Source: the human T2T-CHM13v2.0 reference genome, Homo sapiens
Assembly (NCBI RefSeq): GCF_009914755.1
Contig: NC_060935.1
DNA: 64,000 nt
Strand: one strand, 5' to 3'
The position numbers and the translations under genes were made by a program. Positions within the stretch are counted from its first letter, which is position 1. The number at the start of each line of letters is the position of its first letter. A model generated the notes under the pieces. That model had not been told where the DNA came from and made no database searches. It saw only the letters and a list, made by a program, of their open reading frames with translations. Positions 45,697-64,000 of the stretch are shown piece by piece.

Positions 45697-46714
45697 ATGG
45701 GGAAAAAACAGAACAGAAAAACTGGAAACTCTAAAAAGCAGAGTGCCTCTCCTCCTCCAAAGGAACGCAGTTCCTCACCAGCAACGGAACAAAGCTGGAT
45801 GGAGAATGACTTTGACGAGCTGAGAGAAGAAGGCTTCAGACGATCAAATTACTCTGAGCTACGGGAGGACATTCAAACCAAAGGCAAAGAAGTTGAAAAC
45901 TTTGAAAAAAATTTAGAAGAATGTATAACTAGAATAACCAATACAGAGAAGTGCTTAAAGGAGCTGATGGAGCTGAAAACCAAGGCTCGAGAACTACGTG
46001 AAGAATGCAGAAGCCTCAGGAGCCGATGCAATCAACTGGAAGAAAGGGTATCAGCCATGGAAGATGAAATGAATGAAATGAAGCGAGAAGGGAAGTTTAG
46101 AGAAAAAAAGAATAAAAAGAAATGAGCAAAGCCTCCAAGAAATATGGGACTATGTGAAAAGACCAAATCTACATCTGATTGGTGTACCTGAAAGTGATGG
46201 GGAGAATGGAACCAAGTTGGAAAACACTCTGCAGGATATTATCCAGGAGAACTTCCCCAATCTAGCAAGGCAGGCCAACATTCAGATTCAGGAAATACAG
46301 AGAACACCACAAAGATACTCCTCGAGAAGAGCAACTCCAAGACACATAATTGTCAGATTCACCAAAGCTGAAATGAAGGAAAAAATGTTAAGGGCAGCCA
46401 GAGAGAAAGGTCGGGTTACCCTCAAAGGGAAGCCCATCAGACTAACAGCGGATCTCTCGGCAGAAACCCTACAAGCCAGAAGAGAGTGGGGGCCAATATT
46501 CAACATTCTTAAAGAAAAGAATTTTCAACCCAGAATTTCATATCCAGCCAAATTAAGCTTCATAAGTGAAGGAGAAATAAAATACTTTACGGACAAGCAA
46601 ATGCTGAGAGATTTTGTCACCACCAGGCCTGCCTTACAAGAGCTCCTGAAGGAAGCACTAAACATGGAAAGGAACAACCAGTACCAGCCATTGCAAAATC
46701 ATGCCAAAATGTAA
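45697..46714 (+). pseudogene. L1 ORF1p, frameshifted
   Basis: MGKKQNRKTGNSK...; an extra A in the run at ~46103-46109 splits it into ORFs 45697-46125 and 46154-46714. Confidence 0.93.
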
Positions 46715-46779
46715 AGACCATCGAGACACTAGGAAGAAACTGCATCAACTAACGAGCAAAATAACCAGCTAACATCATA

Positions 46780-50602
<3,823 letters not shown>

Positions 50603-50891
50603 ACAATGAGATCACATGGACACAGGAAGGGGAATATCACACTCTGGGGACTGTTGTGGGGTGGGGGGAGGGGGCAGGGATAGCATCGGGAGATATACCT
50701 AATGCTAGATGACAAGTTAGTGGGTGCAGCGCACCAGCATGGCACATGTATACATATGTAACTAACCTGCACAATGTGCACTTGTACCCTAAAACTTAAA
50801 GTATAATAAAAAAAAAATGAAAAAAATAAAAAAAACATTTAGGAGACCTAACAAAAAAAAAAAAATATATATATATATATATAATGCTTTC

Positions 50892-51289
<398 letters not shown>

Positions 51290-52123
51290 CTATATTGACC
51301 TCATCTTGAAAACAGGAGCACTAAACTGGACAGACTAGAGTTACAAGCCCACATGCAGTGGTTCAAGGAGGTTGGTCTTCAATCTGGTGGGTTTGATCAG
51401 GTCACTACCACTCTGTATTCAAGTCGAACTTAAGATTTAAAGCAGTCTTCTTTGGCCTATAAGTCAATCAATACATTCACTTTGAGTTATGCAGACAAAA
51501 TAATCCTTCCAAGAGCAAGTAAACATGTCTCAGTTGGCTTTAAACTGGAAAGGTCACATTTTGTAATAAAAAAGATAAGGGCTTTCGCTTCTAAGAAAAC
51601 CAAAATCCAAATGCGGAGTTTGCCACTGTGGTTGTCCTTCGGCAGGTTACCTAGCTATAAAATGGAATACCTTCAAGGACACCTGCAGCCTTTATGATGT
51701 CTTTGTGTGGATAAGGGAATAGTGCCCCTTGCTCAGGCAGATGCAGCCATTTAGCCCCAGGGTACAGTTTGTTGAGAAGAATACAAACTACACTGACACT
51801 TCCATCCCTGCACCTCTGTTCCTCAAACTTCTCTTGAATTTACCTTTGCTTAGCTCGATTCTGGTAGCAATGTTTTTGTCCTACAGGGCCAAACTGCTCA
51901 GTGGACATTGGCCTAGATCTTGTAGGCTTCTCACCATGGCTTAGGAAGCTCCTGTGATCTGGCTGTTCCTCAACTTCCTCTCACACATCACTCTCCTCCG
52001 GGGTCACCTGGCTCTGGACATACCGCCTTTCTGTCTTTTCCATGAACAAGTGAAGCTCTTTCTTGCCTCAAAGTATTTGCATATGTTGTTCCTTCTACCT
52101 GGAATTTTAAAGCAAGGCTGTAA

Positions 52124-52625
<502 letters not shown>

Positions 52626-54689
52626 GAAATAGCTGACATGTATAATCTGAAAGACTTCACATAAAAATTACATTTCAACTCAAATATAGTATATTTGAAT
52701 GTTTTTCCTCTAAAAGCCATTTTCTAGCTTATCTTGGAAGATCACAAGGTATAGCAACACAGGGCCTACCTACCCCATATGTAAAGGGCTGATGCCCTCC
52801 CTCTTCCTCACTCTTTGGACAGAGCAGGAGACTCCTGACGAGACACAGTCCCCATCAGGCCCAGTGCACTCTTTTCATCTGTCTGGCATTTGCATCTACC
52901 ATCTTGATTTAAACAGAGGAACAAGAGGAGCTAGCCTTTTCCTCCTTCAGGTAGCAACTTACATGCCACTTCCTCAGAGACTTTTTCTTACCTCCTGTCC
53001 TTGATTACATTTTCTTCTAACTCAGTCCCTTATTTCATAGTTGTAAGTGGATATAAAATTGCTGTTTTTACAGGTCGGGGATGGTTAAATATCAGTAACT
53101 GCACATGATTCAACCTAGTAATACAATTTGTATTAATTATTCTGTTTTCCAGTGTTTGTGTTTTCCTACTGGAAGTCAGTTCATTAGGGCAGGGACTTGG
53201 CTACTATGATATTCTGAATGACTAGTACACAGCGCCTGTCAAGCGCTAACATATTTGGATGAATAAATGGAAGGACTCCTCCCACCAGAAGTCCTTAGCA
53301 GCTCCAGAACGTACACAAAGTACATCTTAACCTCTCCTGAGGAGAGCAGCGCAAGATATAAACAGACTTTCCTAACCGACAGCCCAAGACATGCTACCAG
53401 ACCTCCTCACCCTCTACTCATACAGCGGATACCGTTGGCTCTAGTGCTGGAAATTACTCCTAAAGCATGATAGATTCTGAAACTCCTCTGTGAATCAGCA
53501 TCAAGACCACTACTGCACTGAACATCCACTGAGATACGCCCTCGGCCCTAAAGGCAAGGGGTAGGGAGATGGTACTTGTTCCTGAGGCGACTGCTGACAA
53601 TTACAATAACCTCTATAACCTTGTCACTGTTAGCAAGAGGTTGGTCACTACCTAGCTCTGAGTGCCTCGTTACTCGTCTCATTGTCATAATTATTTAACT
53701 CTTCTGTTTCTTCCTCTAGATGTTTTAAATTATTTATGATGATGTATTAAATTATTTATGAATCCTCAGAGCCTAACTTGAGGCATCTAATAAATGTTTA
53801 ATGAATGAATAACATTATTTGAATGGATGACATCACTCAAGTGCTTCGTGGAGCCTATTTACTATAGATGGCAAATACGGGAACAGATTTTCACTTTACT
53901 AGGCATAATCTCAGTGACTTGAGCAGGGGTATGGAGTGGGGCTCATGCCAACGTGTCAGATTTAGACATATGGAGCTGACAGAGGACACTGTTAGAGACA
54001 GCATTTTCTTGTTCTTGTTATTCTTGGAGCATAAGAATTATGTGTAGATTTGGGGAAAACACTTTGCAGAAGACACACAGTTAAGTGACAACTACTCTAA
54101 CTCAAAGAAATTGCTCTTTTCAATGATGTTCTTGTTGCTGAAACCAGTTTACATTTTAAACATCGTAATAGATTTTTTTCCCCATGTGGCACTGGTGGTC
54201 ACATGCAGTCACCTTTCTGTCCTACACATCTGTGGGGTCCTCTCTTGCTTTGGCAGTACTTCATGTTGGCACTCTCCAAGGTCCTATACTAAACCCACCA
54301 ATTCTTTCCTTACACTTTCCCCTTGGGAAATTTCATCTGACATTCCATCAGCATTCCAAACTCAAATTGTCCAAAAAGAAATGTCACAGGCACACCCAAA
54401 CCTGCCCTCCCTCATGATTTTCTAGTATTTCACGGTACTACCTTCTGAATCCCAAACTTTACGTTTTCAATACAAATGGGCAGTCCCAGCACACACTCCA
54501 CATCCTTCTGTGACTCGATATATTTGCATATGCAGTTACTTCTTTCCAGAAACTTTCCTATCTTTGCCTCCTCGATTAAGAGTAACTCATCCTGAAAGAC
54601 TTGGCTTAGGGATCATCTCCCACAGGAAGCCTTCCCTGGAGCTCTGCAGTAAGATCAGGTGCCTTCCTTCTGAGCTCTCAGAGCTCATC

Positions 54690-55790
54690 TATCCATTCGT
54701 TTATTAAATAGGAGCATCTATGGCATTCCAGGCACTGCTCTAGGCCCTGGGCATATACCAGTGTACACAACAGTAAAATTCCTGCCCTCATGGAGCTTAC
54801 ATTCTAGTGGGGTGAGATAGATACAATACAAATAGGTAAATATATAGTATGCTAGATGGTAAGTGCTACAGAGAAAAATAAAGGCAAGAAATGGGTACCA
54901 GATACTTGAGGAAGGTACAATTTTAAATAGGGTTGTAAAAGGCGGCCTCATTGAGGTGGCATTTAAGCAAATTCCTGGAGGTGGCAAGGGAGTGAATCAT
55001 AACAATATCTGGGAAAGTGTCTTCCAAGCTGAGTAAGAGGAGTTGGACCAGCTGGCTGCTTTAAAGAATAACAAGGAAGCCAGTGTGACTTCAATTTAAC
55101 AAGAGAAGAGGAAATCAGCAGAGGAGGCCCAAGAGCTTCGGCAGGGACCAGAATAGATTAGGCTGCAAATGACCGCTGAAAAGAACATGGCTTTTACTCA
55201 GAGATGGGAAACCTCCGAAGGATTTTGAGCACAAGTGACATGGTCTGACTTACCTGTTGTAAGATCTTAAAAGACTGTAAAATGGCAAACAGGAAATCAA
55301 GAAAACAGAATGGAAGTCTTTTGCAATCATCCAGGCAATCCTGTGGGTGGAACACTGATGGCTGTGGAGGATGAGGTGGTCACATTCTGGATACATTATG
55401 TATCTTGAATGCTGGGCCAACAGAATTATGATTGGACTGGATGGAGATTATGAGAGAGTCATAGATGTGGTCAAGGTTTTGCCTAATTAGCTGGAAGAAG
55501 GGACTTACCATTCATCAACTGAGAAGGGGAAGACTGAGGCAGGAGCAAGTTTAAGGAGGGAAGATCTTGAGTTTAACATAAGTTTGAGATGCTTATTAGA
55601 TATCAAACTGGAAATGTTATGTAGAGAGTTAAATATATACATCTGAAGTTCAGGGGAGAATTTGGTTAGAGATTTAAGTTTTTCAGTCTACAGGTGGTAT
55701 TTAAAGCAATGACACTGGATAAGGTCACTAAGAGATCCAAATGTAGACAGAAGGACTGAGACTTGGCACACTATAATATGAAGGGGTTGA
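54690..55790 (-). mobile_element. L2a fragment
   Basis: ccaggcactgctctaggccctggg...cctgccctcatggagcttacattctagtgggg...ttgagatgcttattagatatc. Confidence 0.8.
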
Positions 55791-56189
55791 GGAAGGAACC
55801 TCACTTATTCATAACACACAAACACATATAAATTATGTATTTTGTGTACCGGGAGAAAACCATAAACTATTTACTGCTTAGGAGCATGTCTTTCTTATCT
55901 CCATATGCTTTGTATAGGCCTGGCACACACTCAACAAACATGGGGAGTGATACCTTCTAAGAGAATCATAACTAGAATCCTTAAAAGGTAAACAAAACAT
56001 ATTAAAAAATGGAACCCAAAGGACTTGGCTACAAATATGAATATTCATAATACAAAAGGATGAAAACTAAAATGACAGAAGTTACTATTTATTAACATTT
56101 CCAATATGCCAAGGCTGTAAACAAAGTATTTCATGTTTATTATTACAATCAACACTCACAAGATTAATAGTGTTACTTCTGTTTGATGA

Positions 56190-56621
<432 letters not shown>

Positions 56622-57126
56622 TAATGCCTGTCAGACTATGTATCTAATGTGCTGTGAACTGATAAAACCTGGATCTAAACAGCCTCTGTAAAAAAAAAAA
56701 AAAAAAAAAAGTTTGTTGAAAAAGCAGGGATATTTGGTACAGGATCCCTATACCCCTAATTTGGGGATAACCATAGGCTACAGAGTCTATATTTTGACTC
56801 CTGACAGTTTCTAAGCATGCCTAGAAAAACCATGCAGAGACAGGTGTCAGGATCAGACCTCAGTGGCAGCGACTGGCTAAAACAGCAATGGCAAGATGGT
56901 GACCATTACAGGCTAAGCCCTTCTGAATCTCTCTGGTACACAAATGAAGAACGTAATGTGACTCTTGGGGAAAAGGAATGGGGAGAGGGAAATCACAAAT
57001 TACTAAGACTGATGTTTCTTCTATGTTATTAACATGAACTATCATTAGTACTTTTGAGACAAATCCTAGGCTGTACCCCCCCCAAAATACTTGTGGTGCA
57101 AGAAAATCATTTAAGAACTAAGATCA

Positions 57127-57409
57127 GGCTGGGTGTGGTAGCTCATGCCTGTAATCCCAGCACTTTGGGAGGCTGAGGTGGGCAGATCACTTGAGGCCAG
57201 AAGTTTGAGACCAGGCTGGCCAACATGGTGAAACCCCATCTCTACTAAAAATACAAAAATTAGCCAGGTGTGGTGGCACATGCCTGTGCTCCCAGCTATT
57301 CAGGTGGCTGAGGCAGAAGGATCGCTTGAACCCAGGAGGTGGAAGCTGCAGTGAGCCAAGAGTGCACCACTGTTCTCCAGCCTGGGCAACAGAGCAAGAC
57401 CCTGTCTCC

Positions 57410-57456
<47 letters not shown>
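57127..57456 (+). mobile_element. Alu (Sz/Jb-like) whose tail became ~(CA)22
   Basis: TSD aagatca. Confidence 0.9.
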
Positions 57457-57460
<4 letters not shown>

Positions 57461-58326
57461 AGATCAAAGTTTATAGGCACAAGAACAATATCTAAAACCT
57501 AAGCTCTAAAATCAAAGAACATTTCCTTAGCTTCATCAAGAAATATCACATGAATAAACACTGAATCAAAGTGACCTAAAGTTGAACTAAGTGGCCTCTC
57601 ATTTCTGTATCTCCTGCACATTTTATCTCAGTTTTTCTTCTGGCACTTAACTACCATACTTTCTATACCTCAATTTGAGTCCAGGACTCAACTCCCCGAT
57701 TAACCACAATTTTCTTGGCAGAGTTGCAAAGTCTCATCTATTCATCTATCTCCCATAATTCCAACAGTGCACAAACAGCAATTGCTCTGAAAATCACTGA
57801 TTAAATGATTCTGAATGCAAATGTATATTATGTCTATATATGTCTTATTTCATGGAAAAGGGAATAAACATCATGCCTTCTTTTCTCCTAATTCAGCATT
57901 CCTTTAATAGTACTATTAAACCAAAAATATTTTAAATATCTAATTTTTAAGAGCTAAAGCATAATGGTTGAAAAATAAGAGGTGGCAGACAACATTTTCC
58001 TATCTGTATACATCTCACTAGTTATCTAGAAGACATACTTACTCGCACAGTCTTCCCAATGCTTGAAAACATTCCAAAAATTTACATACCTTAACCTCCT
58101 GTAAAGATGCAAACCTACTTTTCCAAAGGATACATTTCATACAAAGCCTTTTATACAGCTTATGCCCCCCAAATTCATTTTAAATATCCTTAAAAGTACA
58201 TTAAACTATATCCAGAGGATTAGGTTCTGGATTCTAATTCCAGGTCTTATATTGTCTGGTACGAACATTTTACAAAATGGAAGTATTATCTCAGCTTATT
58301 TTAAGAATGCATATAAATTACTAAAT

Positions 58327-58694
<368 letters not shown>

Positions 58695-58881
58695 TTAATA
58701 TTTCTTGAAAAATGACAAGCAGTTTAACCAACCTAAAGGTTTTAAGAAACCCAAGTGAGCTACTATCAAGTACATTTGCAAATATTAATGGGATTAAAAA
58801 GTAAACTATTATTTACTTTTACATACAATGAACGATTATATGTCCTTCAACAGCAAATGCTTTAAAAATACACAAATTTTA

Positions 58882-59357
<476 letters not shown>

Positions 59358-59596
59358 AAAGTTCCTGAGAAGAAACCATCTACCTGTAACTTAGATTCTA
59401 TCAAAAGATTTTATCTACCTGTATTTGAAAACCTTTATGGCCTAAAAATTGAGAACTAGATTGTATTAGGAATTGTCTGAGAGAAACAATCAAAAGTAAG
59501 AAAGAAAAAAAAATCTAAGATGTCATTTGGGTACCTCTAGCAAAATCTAAATTGATGAGCATAATCAACTACAGTTTTTGACTTTTAAAAAATCTA

Positions 59597-59868
59597 GGCT
59601 GGGAGCAGTGGCTCACGCCTGTAATCCCAGCACTTTCGGAGGCCGAGGTGGGCAGATCACCTGAGGTCAGGAATTTGAGACCAGCCTGACCAACATGGAG
59701 AATGGAGAAACCCCATCTCTACTAATAGAAAAATCAGCCAGGCATGAGAATTGCTTGAACCCAGGAGGCCGAGGTTGTGGTGAGCCGAGATAGCGCCATT
59801 GCACTCCAGCCTGGGCAACAAGAGTGAAACTCCATCTCAAAAAACAAAAAAAAAGAAAAGAAAGAAAT
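59597..59868 (+). mobile_element. AluSp-like with internal deletion
   Basis: TSD aaatcta. Confidence 0.88.
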
Positions 59869-61009
59869 CTAAAGAAATTTCCAAAGTGAGTTGTTTAGAG
59901 TTGTCACAGCCAGGAAATAATTGTGCCTGTATATTCTGAGATAATCTCTGAGTTATGTTTTGGTGAACATAATCCTGTCATAATGAGCTGAAAGAGTTAT
60001 TTTTCTAACCCCAAACTGTTTATATATATATATTAAAAAAAAAAAACAAAAAAACAAAACCCTTCGAATTTCTTCTAAAAGCCAGTACATTATGACGGTC
60101 ATCTGAGAGCAAAAAGAAGTCTGATAAACTATTGTTATAAGCATTATTCTGAGGTTAATAGTTTTCAACTATAAACCAGTATTAATAATTCAAACATACA
60201 CAGATATTAAGCCTCGGTTAGGCATACATTTTTGTGAAGATAATGGATCTAGAATGGAAGTGTCCATAATCTGAATCCAGAGAAATGCTCTGAAAAAGGA
60301 CAATCTGATTCAGAACTATAAAATCAGTTATAAAAGCTAGAGTACGAGAGCATAAGACTTGGAATTAGAACCCAGAACCAAATCCATTTGTTCTTGCATG
60401 TCTTTAATTTCTACTTCTATTGTGCCACTAAAGAACCCATTCCCAAAAAGTCATGGATAAAAGAAAAGAAACTGAGCTTTTAAGTGTCTCAAAAGAGGTC
60501 GGCTGGAAAATAAGTTCAGAAGAAAATACATTACCACAAACATGAACAATATAGCAAACATGAGAGCAAATTACACTTAGACATTTCCTTTATCAGAATT
60601 TCCTTTAAATTCATTCCATGGCCACGGCCTTTCTTAGGCTAACTACAGTAGACATAGCTCTTCTATTATGATATCTCCTCTGCACTTTCTAGTATACTTT
60701 ACATCACAACATGAGTTTTCTTTTTCAAGCAAGGTTTAGTTATTGTTCCCTTCTGTAGCTGTGCCTTCCCAAAGCTACCAGTTGTCCTCAAATCAAATTA
60801 AAACATCTAAACATAGGATTCAAGGCTCCATAAATTCCTGGGCCCAAACCACTCCAGCTTTATCATCCTACAGTCAATGCACACTGGCTCACATTTTCTA
60901 TCTATTTACTTTCATTTCTACAGTCTAGAGACTAACCATATACGTATTCTCTCTTCTGCCGTGCCTTTTTGTAACACCTTCTTCATTAAAAACTATTTTT
61001 CCTCTTCAA

Positions 61010-62465
<1,456 letters not shown>

Positions 62466-64000
62466 AAAAAGATTCAACTGTAAACTTTTAACTTTATTAA
62501 TCTTCTCAATATTTAATACAGATATTATAAATTACTCATATTTGACTGGTCAGTTGGGTCTAAAATGAGTCTTCCTAGGTTAGAAAAACTTTTCAAATTA
62601 GAGACTCTTTTAGGATAACTTTATTAACTGGTGTTTAAAATTTGGCCTATGAAATGAAAATTAAGTAATTTATCAGAAAACAAGCATACCGAAACGTATA
62701 CTGAGTATTCATTCATATTCCCTGTCAGTTACTAATTTTCCTGCTTATTGATCTTCCTTTTATTGTGTAAGTTTCCTTCATCTCAAAACTGTTTTTATGA
62801 AAATAGCTAAAATTTAAAAGTAAATAATTAGGTAAATGCAATGATAGCATAGAGAATTCAAATGCTAGACTTGAATTTCATAGACTTTTCAATATATATA
62901 AAAGGAAAGTGAGGGAGGAGATAGATATTCCCTTATGATTCTGAAAAACACGATTCGTAAGTCTAAAACAATATAAAACATCATATTTAAGTTGAAAAAA
63001 ATAAAAGGGATATCATAGCATATATTGTAATACAGTGCAAGAAGAATTTCATATAATAAATCCATGTTTTATCAAAAGAAACTTTTCCAAAAATAGTCAC
63101 ATAAATAATCTCAGAAATTCTGATCGCATATTACCACTAGGAAGATGGACATTTGGCTATACTGATTTAGTAAGTAAAAAACTAAAACCAGTATCACTAT
63201 TTTTAGGAGCAAACTAAATGGCATGCATAAATATAAAAATGAATCCAAATATTTAAAATAATGATTAAATAAAAGTGAAGAACAATTAGAATAGGGTGGT
63301 AAAAATAAGTTGCACTGATAGAAGCAACTAGCTAGCTACAAACATGGAGGAATCTGGGCATACAAATAACAGGAATCAACAATATGGCATTGCCATTTTA
63401 AAAGAAATGATATTGTAATAGATAAATGCAAATGATCTAAGGCTAAGATAAGTTAATATTTGAAGTCCCCTATATAGGCCAAAACAAAGGGTCACAATCA
63501 TCCTAATCTTGCTTCTAAGTCCTTGAATATAGCCAGCTCTTAATAAAAATGTATTGGCTAAATGACGACCATTAAATAAGAACCCGGAGCCATCAAGTAG
63601 TTAGGGATCTCCACAGCCAAAACATAAACCTGAATGCAAAGGATGTGTCATGGGGTATCACCTTAGTCAAGATCTTTCATGTAAAAATTGTGTAGGAAAT
63701 ACTTCAACTCCTAAAGTAGTCCATATAACCCCAAATCAGAAAACTCTTGTATCACAGAGGTTAAGGGAAATCAAAGTATTGATGAAATAAATGGCAATTT
63801 TAACAGATAAATGTAAATCTGAGTGTCTACTACCCAAATGGAAAGTAGCTGAACCATACAGCCATGATCTTTCCACAGAGAAAATGGTAGTTCTTATATC
63901 TTGATACATGGACATAGTAAGAAGTAGGTCTACTAAGGAAAAATTGGGAGTTAAAATTATTTAACTGGAAAAGCTAAGGATAAGAATGTGTTAATCTTTA

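Noticed and set aside
62466-64000. Canonical RDX last exon / 3' UTR
   Set aside because: No radixin coding sequence is visible; the canonical gene end appears to lie beyond the window edge.

Overview
Human (or very close hominid) genomic DNA, recognisable as the ZC3H12C-RDX interval (11q22.3). The + strand carries the large last coding exon of ZC3H12C (Regnase-3/MCPIP3; 161-1557) and its ~6 kb AU-rich 3' UTR, ending ~7.5-7.66 kb. Most of the remainder is repeat-rich: ~35 Alus, a full-length but disabled L1PA2-like element at 44.8-50.9 kb, an old fragmented L1 at 22.3-29.3 kb, L1M pieces, L2/MIR, and MER1B/5A/20/58 DNA transposons. It forms the long 3' intronic extension of radixin (RDX, - strand; canonical gene body lies beyond the right edge). 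The most interesting element is missed by the ORF track: a 98-nt minus-strand exon (35491-35394) encoding the 21-aa alternative radixin tail WGPKLYALFQMRSCQSSIKQM*. On the + strand the same bases read as a fossil CR1/L3 reverse-transcriptase fragment. The stop lies only 31 nt before the exon junction (predicted NMD escape), the exon is flanked by inverted Alus, and it is in frame with splice donor 2 of the ORF0 of the L1 located 9.5 kb upstream, predicting an 85-aa ORF0-L3 fusion peptide. No prokaryotic systems, CRISPR arrays, tRNA or rRNA genes were seen. Repeat subfamily calls come from recalled consensus sequences and repeat boundaries are approximate.
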